DNA of 64,000 bases from the human T2T-CHM13v2.0 reference genome, Homo sapiens: NCBI RefSeq assembly GCF_009914755.1, contig NC_060928.1. One strand, written 5' to 3'. Within the stretch, counting starts at the first letter, position 1, and each line of letters opens with the position of its first letter. The notes under the pieces are model-generated. The model was not told where the DNA came from, did no database searches, and saw only the letters and a list, made by a program, of their open reading frames with translations. Shown in pieces: positions 38,009-52,066 of the stretch. A program made the position numbers and the translations under genes.

Positions 38009-38170
38009 TGTATATTTGACTCATTTTCCTAGAAAGTGCAGACTCGCTATAAAATGTGTTAGGTGGTGAGAACGCTGATGGTTCACCGTTTTCCTCCACT
38101 TTCAGCCTCAGTGCAAACCCTCTGCCCAAAGCCTCGCTCCAGTACGGAGGAGCTGCGCCTTCAACACACT
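38009..38170 (-). other. Candidate first exon of a divergent transcript (TSS approximate)
   Basis: Minus strand ggaaaATGAGTCAAATATACA|gtaagt donor at 38009/38008; adjacent X-box and CpG island. Confidence 0.35.
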
Positions 38171-38176
38171 TTCTCT

Positions 38177-38189
38177 GTTGCCAGGTAAC
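38177..38189. promoter_or_regulatory. RFX X-box
   Basis: GTTGCC-A-GGTAAC fits GTNRCC-N0-3-RGYAAC. Confidence 0.6.
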
Positions 38190-38199
38190 CACTTCTCCC

Positions 38200-38690
38200 T
38201 CAGCCTAGTCTCCAAGGGTCACGAGCCACTTCCGCCTCCCCCTCTCGGGCGCTCCAATCAGCGACCTGTGTAGCTGTCACGTGGGCCTCTGGGGCAGACC
38301 CTGGAGAGCGGGCTCGCGGCGCCTTCCATCGTGGCTCCGCGCTGGGGCTTGCGGAGCACGCTTCCCGCCCCTCGGAGCCCGCGGGCCCGGCCGCCCCGCC
38401 CCCGGGCGCCCTGAGCGAGCAGGCGGGGAGGGCGGGGAGGGTCCGCGCGTTGGTGGTGCTCGCCTCGCAGCTGCGCCCGCCGGCTTCAGCACCTTCCGCT
38501 GTCCGCCGCTGCAGCCGCCTCCTCCTCCAGGTAAGAAGCCGGTGGGGCCGCAGAGATACCAAGGCAAGCTCAGGATTGATGTGGGTGATGCTGGAACTGT
38601 CGCGGCGTCATGCGAGAGGGGCTCTGACCTCCCTGTGATCGCGGACCAGGGTAATGTACGTCCTGCAGGGCTTTGCACACCATGGTGCCT
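38200..38690. promoter_or_regulatory. CpG-island promoter
   Basis: Only GC/CpG-dense non-repeat segment; ETS CACTTCCG 38227, CCAATCAG 38254, GTCACGTG 38276, several GC boxes. Confidence 0.92.
38440..38530 (+). other. Non-coding first exon of an unidentified plus-strand gene (TSS approximate)
   Basis: Strong donor CCAG|gtaaga at 38530/38531 just downstream of GC boxes; no ATG; alternative donor CAGG|gtaatg at 38650/38651. Confidence 0.6.
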
Positions 38691-40767
38691 GATGAGATAA
38701 TCAACTGAGTTTTAGAGCCACACACCTGATTCTTACAAGGCACAGCAAGCAGCGAATATTTATGTATCTAAACTACCATTGCAGTGTAAACTGTGGACAT
38801 TTCGAGGGACATTGTTTTATTTTTATGGCTATTAAGTATATGTCTAGAGCCTAGGTTGCTGTTCTCATCCCTCCGCCGGCCAGACACTTCTGTATAGATC
38901 ATTTACCCCTTTGAAGATGGACTTATTAGTAGGGTTGTACTAAGAAAGGTTTGAGTAAAAAGGAAATGCGTTCCAGAAAAAAGACGGTATTGGATATAAG
39001 GCAGGTATACTATTTATTAAGTAGATCGTAAAATAGAATCTTTGCTGTCCTCCCCTCTCCAAAATCAGACTTGTTTTGCTTGCAAAGATTGAAAGGAACA
39101 AACAATTTAAGGAGACTTTTTAAATATATTAATTAAAAGCAATTGATTCGAATGAAAAGTAATGAAAAGTCCGACCATGCATCAAAAATAAATTATTTTG
39201 CATATTAATATATACATATATACTATATATATTTAACAAGGGTTTGAAGAGAGATACTACATTTCTGAATCTTTCATAAATACCCTTTAGAGAAAACTAT
39301 CAAAAAAACACAAGTTCGTTGTAAAAGGATACGAAACGGCCAAAGCCCAACAATGTGAGATTATAGTTGCCGTTCTTAGCACTCTAATAACATTTCTGCG
39401 TTGTAAAAATTAGAAAATAAATGACAATGAATTTATGAGAATTTATAAATTTGAACTCCACAAGAGTTTAAGCATTAATTTATTTGTAGATTTATGCCTT
39501 ATCATTACCCTGCTTGCCAGGAGCTGATGCTGGGCGGGTGGTGAAACAAACTCTGTGGAGAAAGCACTCTTACATCCTTTTGAGATTCTGCCTCACTGGC
39601 CTAAGTGTTCAAGAAAATGGATATAGTTATATCTAACTGTTTTGAAGGCAGACATCTGAGATAGGTGGTCTGAGAACCTTTCCCCTCCTATCATCTAAAA
39701 TTAAATATAGTTATTAAGTGCTTTTGAAAAGTTGTCAATTCGTTAATATTTTGGGAAACATCCTTTACTGGATTGTTTGGAGATTAATGTTACAAATGGT
39801 AGCTTTAGAGTTCCTGGGAAGTTTTAAAGCAATGACTAATTTCAAAGGGCATATACGGAAAGTAAAGCTCTTGAGTTCTGCAAACTTAATTATGTAAAAA
39901 TAACTAGTTGAATGTTATTGTTTACATTGTTCTGACTTTCTCTTGTGTTGATATTAATAGAACTGCTTAAAAAACTGTGGACATCTGAAGAAGACGTTAA
40001 ATATGCTTACTTGAAAGTTTTAACATTCTTTATTCTTCTTATTTCTAATGATAAATAGTGGTGTTCTAAATATTTTTAAGTTACCCATTAGTCACATAAT
40101 AATTCCATAGATTAGAAAGCCATAAATTAACTTAGGCCAGAAAAACAATGCTCCCAGTAGAGGAGAGACTAGGGCTAGATTGCTTTTGTTGTTGCTGTTT
40201 TCTACAGACTCTATCTTGTATCCTTTAGTCTGGGAAAGGAGGGACAGGGCCAGTGGCAGTTTTTTAATTACTTGGAGAAGTTTAAGAACAGGTTTCTGTT
40301 TGTTTGTTTTATGGTTTTACCCTGATGGATACTAGAAGTCCAACATGAATGATTAGGTTGTCACTATTAATGAAATGTGTAAATTCTCCAGAGTACCTGA
40401 TTTTGTTGCCTAAATACTTTAATGACGACTAAAATGTAATTCTGACAGTTTTGAAGGATTCACATTTTCATCCTATATTCCAGAATTTCTTTGAAATCTA
40501 ACATATGCAAGAAAGGTAACGCTTTATCAGATTATTGAATTGTAATACTGAATACTTAAGAGTTTACCCAGCTATTCATGATAATTATGTATATGGAAGC
40601 ATCATTGCTACTTTTGACCACTGCTGAATTATCTCATTTTACATTTTGTATACCTGTTCCATTGAACAGATGGAAATATTAAAGTGAAGTCATGTATCTT
40701 CCAGTACGTCTTCAGGAACAGAGATTTCATCGAAATTATATTAATTTATAGAAATCATATGAGGATA

Positions 40768-41081
40768 GGCTGCGTGCGGTGGCTCATACCTGTAATCCCG
40801 GCACTTTGGGAGGCTTGAGGCAGGCGGATCACCTGAGGTGAGGAGTTTGAGACCAGTCTGGCCAACATGGTGAAACCCCATGTGTACTAATAATACAAAA
40901 ATTAGCTGGGCGTGGTGGTGCACGTCTGTAATCCCAGCAACTTGGGAGGCTGAGGCATGAGAATCTCTTGAACCCAGGAGGCCCGGAGGTTGCAGTGAGC
41001 CAAGATTGCGCCACTGCATGCCAGCCTGGGCGACAGAGCAAGACAACGTCAAAAAAATTAAAGAAAAGAAAAAGAAAAAAA
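40768..41081 (+). mobile_element. AluS
   Basis: Full dimer; short TSD gaggata. Confidence 0.95.
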
Positions 41082-42959
41082 GGAGGATATTGGAAGGGAT
41101 TTTTTATTAATTCATGCTCCTTTTCTTTTGTATCAGAAACATATGAAACTTAAGATTTGGTTGGTACTTTTTGATACCCAAGACTGTGCTTTATCCTGTT
41201 AAAATAGTATCGTGATTATTCTTTCATTGTTGATAAAACTATTCCTTGAAATTTGTGAGCAAGAAATTAGATACGGATACCTGAAGAGAATTTTAGAAAT
41301 TCTCCCAAAGAATCTACTCTATAAGGAAACAAAACCTAGAGAAAAACATTTTTCTTATTTGAGTTTACTTAAAATGTTCACGAAGGACTTGCAACTTTGG
41401 TAATAAAAATTGGTAGAAATAATATAAAATGATCAGCTTTGTATAGTAAAAGAAAAATTCCCATCACGATTAATTAGAAAGATTTGAAAAGTTTCCATGC
41501 TTAAAGCATGGGCTGTCACATTAGAAGGCAGAGTTCAGGTTGTTTTCATCTGATTTCAGTGACTAGACAGGTATAATTTCAGTGACTAGTCAAACATTTC
41601 AAATAGGCTAGATTTTGTAAGAAAAAAAAAGAACTTGATATTGGAGCCACAGCTGGCACCTGCCTTCCAGATGTCACATTATCAGCTACTTGAGGAAAAT
41701 AATTTATATATATATATTGATAAAAGTCTTACTTTTTATTATGTTAAATGTACTTACAAAGTATTGTTCAGTAAGCTGTCTTATAAAATTCTGTAATTCT
41801 ACATTCTAATTTAAAAAATGTACTGTAGAAATAGACAGTAATATAAATCTATAATTAAGATAATACAGGAGGTAATTTAACAATGTTATTTGCTATGATA
41901 AGGATGATTGATAATTGTCATGTTCGGATAAATTGTAGCAAAAGTGTAAGAAATAAATTTCCATGTGTCAGTGAAGATGTTATAACAGTCAATACTTGTT
42001 TTGTACATTCAAATGTTCTGAGATGGAGAACTCAAGATTGAGGTCCTTAAACAATTTTTCTTATGCTTAGGTTTATTGTTTTCTTCTTCCAGATTCTTCC
42101 CATTTTTTTTAGTTGTAAGCATGTACCAGTATCCCAGGCAGACTCATTTACAATGATGTGTAGTAAGTTCAATTTCATATCACGCACACAGAAAACTTAC
42201 TTTCAAATCGGAAAGTAGAAAATAATTTTTATTACACAAAGCACTCGTGTTTAACATGCTATTAAAAAAACCCTTCATTACAATACAAACAGCTCCACAT
42301 GGAGTCTCAAAAAAATGAATAGTTGGTTAATAATAAATAGCTAACATTTAATTAAGTTTGATTCTTTAAGATAAAACATTATGGATGACTTTTAATGAAA
42401 AGAGTTATGCAACATTTTATTTTTAAGGTAAACAGGTTTGAAGGGGTCATTTTGGAATTTATGATAGAAGGATCCTTAAGACCAGTTACTCTAACACCGT
42501 TATTCTGTTAATGAGGACACTAAACACATAAAAATTATGTTCTCAAAATTAATAAGGGAAAAGCTGGCTTATGTTCTACTTCTGAAGCTTTACTTGGGAG
42601 TACCATGAACTACTAAATAAATGAATTTATTCCTGAAAATATAATAGTGGATACGTTTCGTTAACATTTATATATCAATAGTAGCTTTTTGGGCATAATG
42701 TCTCACCTTCAAAATTAATTCATTAGCTCATGTTTAGGGGGAATTTTATGTTGGCTCAGAGTGTAATATTTGACTTAGGCAGACTAATATGTAGATTACC
42801 AACCTATCAGATCTGTGCCTGGGCCCTACCTTAGGTAATACAGCCCTTTACTTAGCAAATTAAAATCAGACTTATTTCAGGCCTCTGTCAATATATTGAA
42901 TGCATATATTGAAGAAAGTTTCGAGTTTAGTTAGTTTATGTAGATCCTTTTTTCCCTTT

Positions 42960-43266
42960 TTTTCCACTTCTTTTTTCTTTTCTTTTTTTCTTCTGAGACA
43001 GGGTCTCCTGCTGGAGTGCAGTGGTGTGATCATGGCTCACTGCAGCCTTGAACTCCCAGGCTCAATCAATCCCCCCACAGCAGCCTTCTGAGTAGCTGGG
43101 ACTACAGGCACGCACCACCACTCTTGGCTAATTTTTTTTTTTTTTACTTTTCGTAGAGAAGACAGCTCACTATGTTGCCCAGGCTGATCTGGAACTCCTG
43201 GGCTCAAGCGATCCACCCAACTTGGCCTGCCAAAGTCCTGGGATGCATGAGCCTCTGTGCCTGGCC
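42960..43266 (-). mobile_element. AluJ
   Basis: Antisense dimer. Confidence 0.9.
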
Positions 43267-43764
43267 CTGTTTTTGTTTTTGTTTTTGTTTTTTAATATTC
43301 AAGCTTCTAAGCATCCATTTGATTTTCTTTGCTGGTTTTCCCAAACTGACTTGCCAAAATAATTTTTAACACCTTTTCCCAGAACATGAATATGCCAGCA
43401 TTAGGTGACTTTCTGCCCAATGGGGAATCCTAAGTTTGATAGACAGATAAGCATGAAGGCTCATCCTGCTTCAAAAACTCACATACAAAACCCAACTCAC
43501 AAACCAGGTTAATTAGAAGGGGAGCGAGGGTCCTGGGGATTACATAGCAATTTATGGCAGAGTTCCTCAAGTCTTTTTTTTTTTTTAATGAGCAGTGATT
43601 CTATTTATAAAAATAGGGGTATACTTTTTGCCACACCCTGTTGAAGAAATAATCTTGTATCTTTTTATGACAAATATTTACTTATTTCCTTCCATAGTGT
43701 TCTCGCAATGGAATATTTACTTCAAAAATTCTTAGTTTATAATTGAAAATATGTGATTTCTCCC

Positions 43765-44071
<307 letters not shown>

Positions 44072-44108
44072 TTTCCCTTTTCTATTATTCTTTGGATACC
44101 TCTCTCAG

Positions 44109-44231
44109 AATGGTCACATTGAAAGTATATGAATGAGCTTGTTGAAGTAGATGTGGATTACTTCTTTGATCAAATCAAAAATTATTTCCATGTTGCAGCA
44201 CAAAACGTTCTGTAATCCTCTAAGCATCTGG
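44109..44231 (+). other. Candidate internal (5' UTR-type) exon
   Basis: Pyrimidine tract ...ctctctcag|AAT...CTGG|gtaagt; stops in all frames early in exon. Confidence 0.3.
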
Positions 44232-44771
44232 GTAAGTCTAGTTCCAGGATTCAAATCCATATAATTTTCATTTTCATGGCTAAAATGGAGGAAAGTATAA
44301 AAATATATGTAAATAGATAATAAAGGTAACTCCATTCATCTTTCCGTATCTTTGAATCGGTGTCTTGCTCTTTTGATGTTCAGTGTTTGGTCTTAGATAT
44401 AACTCCTGTGTTTTGTTGACCAAGATGGAATTCATACTGGTATAAGTGGTCATTTCGTGAGTCCAAAGTAGAACTGCCATAATGACCTTATTCTTCTCTA
44501 CTTGCTACCTAATCCAGGATTTTAATGTAGGCTAGTACTGTACTTGTGACCTATTTTGTCTTCTAAGCTTTTAAGAACATCATGATTTGACATATATTGG
44601 GAATGCTTAGATAACACTACCTGCCAAGCATGTAAAAGGTAAACTCAGAAATGCTCAGGTAAACTCAAGCATGTGAAAGGTAAACTAGACATTTCAGAGA
44701 TTAATCTCAGACAGTAGAAGATACCAGAGACAATTTTTCTTCCAACTCATCTTTATAGACATTGAACTAGG

Positions 44772-44950
44772 CCAGTAGTTCTTAAGGCTTGCTGTGCATT
44801 TAAATTGTCTGAGAGTGATATTGAAAAGCTCCACTCCAAGGTTCTCATTTGTTGGAGTTGGGATGTGATTCACAAGTCTGCATTTTTAGCAAGTATCTAA
44901 GTTAATTCTGATGCGAAATACTTGAGAGCCACACTTTGAGATACACTGAT
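44772..44950. mobile_element. MER5-type hAT MITE
   Basis: ccagtagttcttaa...tctgcatttttagcaagt...ccacactttgag. Confidence 0.7.
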
Positions 44951-45547
44951 TAAGAGATTTTTGAAATCCTATTTATTCTTGATAATGTATGATGCTGTCT
45001 ATCACAATGAGAATAATGCTCATTTAGAATTATGGATACAAGAAGAGCTCAAGTTAGTGGGCCAATGGATGATTTTTTAAAAATTCCTTTCAGTTTTCTG
45101 CATTTTCCAGATGTTTTCCAGAGAGCAAGCACCTATGGATTATATGAGAAGACATATTTTTTGCATAGCTCTGAGCATATAGTATATTTACACTTTAAAC
45201 ACTGACATTTCAACAATGTGTTTTTAGGGTTTTATTTTTTAGTAATAAAGGCAATACATTTCCATTACAGAAAAATTACACAATTCAGAAGAGTATAAAA
45301 GTGAGTTTCACAAAACTATCTTGAATCTCTGCATCCTGGTATAAAACGCTGACCTTTTAATAGACATTTGTAGGTACTTTTATTGATTTTTCTTACTATT
45401 TCTCAGACATTCCCAGAAACACATCTCTGAGTCTTTATTTTTGTGCTCCCTCTTTTTAGCAAGATTTTTTCACCAGATGTCTTATATTTTGCTTTCCTTC
45501 AAATGTCTGCTCAGTATCACCTATGAGGACTTCCTGTGCCATCTTTT

Positions 45548-46716
45548 TATTTTTTATTTTTTATTTTATTATTATTATACTTTAAGTTTTAGGGTACATG
45601 TGCACAATGTGCAGGTTTGTTACATATGTATACATGTGCCATGTTGGTGTGCTGCACCCATTAACTTGTCATTTAGCATTAGGTATATCTCCTAACGCTT
45701 TCCCTCCCCTCTTCTCCCACCCTACAACAGTCCCCAGAGTGTGATGTTCCCCTTACTGTGTCCATGTGTTCTCATTGTTCAATTCCCACCTATGAGTGAG
45801 AACATGCGGTGTTTGGTTTTTTGTCCTTGCGATAGTTTGCTGAGAATGATCGTTTCCAGTTTCATCCATGTCCCTACAAAGGACATGAACTCATCATTTT
45901 TTATGGCTGCATAGTATTCCATGGTGTATATGTGCCACATTTTCTTAATCCAGTCTATCATTGTTGGACATTTGGATTGGTTCCAAGTCTTTGCTATTGT
46001 GAATAGTGCCGCAATAAACATACGTGTGCATGTGTCTTTATAGCAGCATGATTTATAATCCTTTGGGTATATACCCAGTAATGGGATGGCTGGGTCAAAT
46101 GGTATTTCTAGTTCTAGATCCCTGAGGAATCGCCACACTGACTTCCACAATGGTTGAACTAGTTTACAGTCCCACCAACAGTGTAAAAGTGTTCCTATTT
46201 CTCCACATCCTCTCCAGCACCTGTTGTTTCCTGACTTTTTAATGATTGTCATTCTAACTGGTGTGAGATGGTATGTCATTGTGGTTTTGATTTGCATTTC
46301 TCTGATGGCCAGTGATGATGAGCATTTTTTCATGTGTTTTTTGGCTGCGTAAATGTCTTCTTTTGAGAAGTGTCTGTTCATATCCTTCACCCACTTTTTG
46401 ATGGGGTTGTTTTTTTCTTGTAAATTTGTTTGAGTTCATTGTAGATTCTGGATATTAGCCCTTTGTCAGATGAGTAGGTTGCAAAAATTTTCTCCCATTT
46501 TGTAGGTTGCCTGTTCACTTTGATGGTAGTTTCTTTTGCTGTGCAGAAGCTATTGAGTTTAATTAGATCCCATTTGTAAATTTTGGCTTTTGTTGCCATT
46601 GCTTTTGGTGTTTTAGACATGAAGTCCTTGCCCATGCCTATGTCCTGAATGGTATTGCCTAGGTTTTCTTCTAGGGTTTTTATGGTTTTAGATCTAACAT
46701 GTAAGTCTTTAATCCA
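45548..46716 (-). mobile_element. 5'-truncated young L1PA (about L1PA3-4)
   Basis: 203-aa intact ORF2 C-terminus (45779-46390); 16-bp TSD tcctgtgccatctttt at 45532-45547 and 46717-46732, TTTT/AA site. Confidence 0.97.
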
Positions 46717-46917
46717 TCCTGTGCCATCTTTTAAAAAAATTACAATGTGAGCTCTGTCAGCAGAACTCCTTTTCCCTTTTCCCTCCATTATTTTTATTTT
46801 TCTCTATTCCACAGATTATCTTGAGAGATATATATAACTCAAGATAATTGTGATATATACTACACATATACATATATATTTATATATATAATTTACTTAT
46901 TTGTTTTGCTAATTTCC

Positions 46918-47203
46918 TTTTTTTAAAAAAAGGCAGAGTCTCACTTTGTCATCCAGGCTAGAGTGCAGTGGCATGATCATAGCTCACTGCAGCCTTGATT
47001 TCCTGGGTTCACGTGGTCCTCACACCTCAGCCTCGTGAGTAGCTGCGACTAGAGGTGCATGCACCACACCTGGCTAATTTTTGTATTTTTGTAGATATAG
47101 GGTCTTGCTGTGTTGCCCAGGCTGGGCTTGAACTCCTGGCCTCAAGTGATTCTCCAACCTTATCCTCCCCAAGCACTGGGATTAAATACACGAGCCCCTG
47201 TGC
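46918..47203 (-). mobile_element. AluJ
   Basis: Diverged antisense dimer. Confidence 0.9.
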
Positions 47204-47265
47204 TAATTTTGTGATTCCCTGCTACAAGAATAAAAGCTCTGGGCATGCGGGATTTTTTTTAATGC

Positions 47266-47297
<32 letters not shown>

Positions 47298-48179
47298 CTT
47301 GCCTAGCACATAGTTATTGCTCAATAAATATTTATTGAGTGGATGAGTAAATTGTGGAGTGATTACTGAAAGTTCAAAAAGTCAATGGAATAATAAACTT
47401 CCCCAAATTTTACCATCTAGAAATAGCCAAATATTTACCTTGAGCTGTATATCCTTTTAGTTTTTAATGTGTATGTGTATATAGGTATATATTAATTTTT
47501 AAATGCCGAAACATAAGTCTGACATGCCTTTTAAATTAACTACATAGACTTTATCAAATGATTAATTTATAACTACTCTTTTCATATTAAGATGTTTTAT
47601 GTATATGTTAATATTTTTTCCAGTTTTTTTCTTTCAATTTTATGATATATTTTAACAAAAAAATTCAAGATTTTGTTTCATAATTTTTGTAATTTCATGC
47701 TTTTTTAATTATAAGATGACTGAGTCAATTTCTAATATTGTGAGTCGATTTTTCCCTAAATATCAGGAAACAAATTGTTTCTACTGATTACCTTTGTTAA
47801 ATGAGAAATTTACCATATCTTTGTTTTCTTCTATTCTTCTCCTAAGCTCTAGTACCTAGGAAAACAATATAAGATTTTAAAGTTTTGATAATGAACATTT
47901 TAGGTTATCTGTCTTCTCTTTCAATCATTACTTTGTCATTTCCATTTTCATAACCATATTCCATTTTCTTTGCTTAATACATTTTAAAAATTACATTAAC
48001 TTCCATATTTGAGCTTTGTTTTGATTCATTTTTTAAAAGACTGTAATTTTATTCAAGTAATTTTTTAAGAAGAATACATGTGTAAATTGCCTTCTAAATC
48101 TTTCCAGTATGAGAATGTCTTTCTGTTCGTTTTCCCTTCACACATGTATGATACTTTGGCAAATTATAGAGGAGTGAGA

Positions 48180-48448
48180 TCAGCATTTTGGGAGGCTGAG
48201 GCAGGAGGATCACTTGAGGATAGTTCAAGATCAGCTTGGGCAACATAGTGACGCCCTATGTCTACAAAAAAGAAAAAGAAAAAGAAATTAGCCAGGAGTG
48301 TTAGTGTGTGCTGTAGTCTCAGTTCGGGAGGCTGAGGCAAGAAGATCACTTGAGCTCAGGAGTTTGAGGCTTGAGTGTGCTATGATCGGGACACTGTACC
48401 CCAGCCTGAGTGTTGCAGCGAGACCCTGGCTCAAAAAAGGAAAAAAAA
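48180..48448 (+). mobile_element. 5'-truncated AluJ
   Basis: Starts at cagcattttgggagg; agtgagatca on both flanks. Confidence 0.9.
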
Positions 48449-48665
48449 GTGAGATCACAATAGTTCTTCAGTTTAATAAAGTTATTATATCACTGAATTT
48501 GGGAATTTTGTGCAGTGGTGAAAAATGATGCCAATCTGTTTTTTTCCACTTGTACATAATATTTTTACAAAATACTTCTTAGTTGCTCATTAGAGTGTAA
48601 AGAAATAAATTAGCCTTGAATTTGCCTTAATATACCTAGGTATGGATAGTTAACTGTATGTTTAC

Positions 48666-48698
<33 letters not shown>

Positions 48699-51152
48699 TA
48701 TATACATGTAAGCAAAATATGTGTATCTGTATGTATATATTTAAGCAAAATATGTATATTGCTTAAAACAAAAGCACTTTTGATCTGCCTATTTAGAGTC
48801 TTTTTTTAAACCCAGTAAATGAGTTGTCGTTGTTGGTTTTTTTTTTTTTTTTTTTTGGCTGCATCTCAGATTGTTGTTTTTGTTTCTGTAGTTTTACTTG
48901 TGCTTTAGCTTTTTCTAAAAATATTCTTAATATTTTAGTTTGAGGTTTCATTCCTTGTATACTGTATCTTTCAATTTCTCTAAATTTTAAAAAATCTCTT
49001 ATTTTCCAGTGTTTTGGAAGAGTTTTTTCACTTTGTTCTCTGAATCATTGATATGATTTTTTTTTGCAATTTCAGTTTGGCTCTTTATTGCTCTTTAATG
49101 TGGATTTTTATTCTGCTGTTGTCTTTTGTTTTTTTCATAATCATTATTTTAGCCATCTCATCCTGCAGCCTCTTTATCTTAGCTGATAGTATGTTCATTC
49201 CTACTCCTGAATGAGAGGTGGCCCATATAGGCTATTGATTACCAAAACACAGAATGTGTAGGTTTCTGCAGGCCCCAAACTCTTTCTTCTTGGATACTGG
49301 ATCAATTATATCACTATTTGATCAATGTCAAATCTCCTTCTTATATCAACATTGATAGAAATCTATGTCAATGTCCTAATCTAATAGGCATTGTCTAGCA
49401 GACTTTCTATTATGTAGTAGATTCTTTTTTCCTGAGATGGAACTTTCTCCCCTCTGCATTGACTCAATCAATGGGGAAATACATGAAAAAAATAAAAATA
49501 CTTTTTGCTTCCACCTATAATATATTGCTAAAGAGCTACACTTCCTTAGAGTATAGTACTACTGTCTTATCTCACTTTTTCTCCCAATTTTTTTTTTTTC
49601 CACTAAGAGCTGTAGTCACTGAGTAAATATAAGGGCGGGGGTCATGGACTGAGTGAAGAAGGATAGAAAAGGTACATGATGGAAATGAGAAAGACAGTAC
49701 TACAGCTCCCAGGCCATGCATGGTTTAATAGCTCTGTTACTTTCTGGTTGACATTGATCTTGTTTTTCTAAATTGGGGGCATTTAATGAGGCAATGACAA
49801 TGTACATTTATACATACGTCCTGGGAGAAAGGCTTCTAAAATTTCTAGCAGCATTGTGGATGGTCCATCTATGGCACTCTGTAGTTCCTTTCACGTAGTA
49901 CCTATGACACCGATTATAGTACCTTAGTGTTTAGAGGAAATTCCTCCCAGATTAAAATGTCGCTGATGCTGAAACCTTATTTTATATGTGACTATGAGTT
50001 TTTTGGTGTATTTTTCCTGTGATAAGTGCCAATTAGGGTTCTTTCAGTTGTAGGCAACAGAAAATACACTCATTTTACTAGCTCATGTAACTTAAAAAAA
50101 AATCTAAGGATAGAGTTGGATGATTGTATGTATCATTCATAACTAGCTTCAGTGTTAAATTGATGTCATTGTGACTCAGCCCCTCTCTACTGTGCTGGCT
50201 TTTTTCAAGCTACAGGTAGTAGCCTCAAGCAATTCTACATATCTCCTCATGATAATAAAATAACTTATATTATCTCTGATTTCACACTACCTGTGGTTTA
50301 GTCCACAGAAGAGAAAGGTTCTTTTTCTAGTAGTGCCCATAAAAGTCCTAAATTTCAAGATTAAACACATTTGACCCAGGCAACCACTGATTGCTTTCTG
50401 TCACTAAATATTAGTTTGCATTTTCTAGAACTTTGTATAAATAGAATGATACGTTGTGCACTCTTTTTGTCTATATTATTCTACTCAGTGTAATTATCTT
50501 GATATTTATGCATTTGTTGCATGTATCACTAGTTCATTCCTTCTTATTGCTGCAGAATATTCCATTATATGGATACATTTTTTAAATCCCTTTGCCTACT
50601 AATGGATAGTGGATTGTTTTTAGTTTTTGACTATTATAAATAAATGTTTGAATATTTATAATAAATAAATAAATAAATGAACACATTTGAATTTTTTTCC
50701 CATCACTGAACCATTAAAATGGCTAGGGAAATGATGAGTATAAACTGGAATCACCTGCTCTAGTTCAGGGACTGGAATTTTACCTAAACCGGGACTGAAG
50801 CAGAGGAGAGGATCATCAAATACAAATGTAATGATTGCACAAAGAAGGGAATGGAGGTGGTGGGGAGGCAAACAACAAATCTTCATTATGGTGTTTAAGT
50901 GGAAAGTTGGAAGAGATTCTGTCAGGATCTGCTAGAAATGCTATTTTAACCTGAAACACTTGTATGCCTCTATAGCACAGATGACTCAGGCATATTGAAC
51001 CTACAAACAAAATAGAACTTTGAATCTTGAAACTTGTGGGAACGAAATTCTTCAACTGGAAGATAAAACTATAATAATTTTCAATTAAAATTATATTTTG
51101 CTGCTTATCTCTCCAAGTCTACTCATATTTTGATCTTTGTCATGGGCTTTTT

Positions 51153-51788
51153 GTCATTTTTTAATTAATTTATTTTGTTCATTAAAACATAGTTATATGT
51201 ATTTATGGGGCACATATTTATGATACATGCAATATAGAGTAATCAAATCAGGATAGTATATCTGTCACCTCAAATATTTATCATTTCTTGTATTGGGAGC
51301 ATTCAAAGTCCTCTCTCTGGCTATTTGAAAATATATAATAAATTATCGTTAACTATAGTCTTCCTATAGTGCTTAGAACACTAGATCTTATTCCTTCTAT
51401 ATAGCTGTAATTTTGTATTATTTAATCCATCTTTTCTTATCTCCCCTACCCTGTACCCTTTGTGGCTTCTCATAAGCAGCATTCTACTCTTTAGTTGTAT
51501 GATACCAACTTTTTTAGCTTCTGCATAAGAGTGAGAACATACAGTATTTACCTTTCTGTTCTTGGCTTATTTCACTTAACATGTCTTCCAGGCTTATCTA
51601 TGTTGCCATGAATGGCAGCATTTTATTTTTTTATGGCTCAATGGTATTTCATTGTGTATATATACCACATTTTCTTTATCCATTCATCTGCTGATGGACT
51701 TTACGTTTGATCCTACATTTTGGCTATAGTGCTGCAGTGCTGCAGTAAACATGGGAGTGGAGATATCTTTTGGATGTTCTGATTTCCT
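51153..51788 (-). mobile_element. L1MA-type 3' end
   Basis: gagtgagaacat...ttggcttatttcacttaacat; degenerate TSD tttgtcatggg(g)ct. Confidence 0.8.
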
Positions 51789-52066
51789 TTTGTCATGGGG
51801 CTGTTTAATCAGTAAGTAATGAAATGTAAACTAATAAGAAATGTATTAGAATTGGAAAAATAAAACCCAGTTTTTATTAGCAGTACTGCAAATAGTCTCT
51901 ATTTCTTAATGCTTTTAAAAATTTACACATAGTCTTTACTAAAATGTCAACATACACATACACACTCATACATATCTCAAATGGAATGTCTCTATCACCA
52001 GAAGGTGATTCATATTGAATCAAATTAAGGAAACATCAGTTATTCTTTATACCTACATACATATGT

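Noticed and set aside
38200-38700. 120-139 aa ORFs over the CpG island
   Set aside because: Low-complexity Pro/Ala/Arg/Gly reads expected from GC-rich DNA; the plus-strand ones cross a strong donor
44280-44480. Minus-strand ORF as processed pseudogene
   Set aside because: No recognisable homology, poly(A) or TSD
45779-46788. 203-aa and 133-aa ORFs
   Set aside because: L1 ORF2 C-terminal remnants in a truncated copy, not host genes
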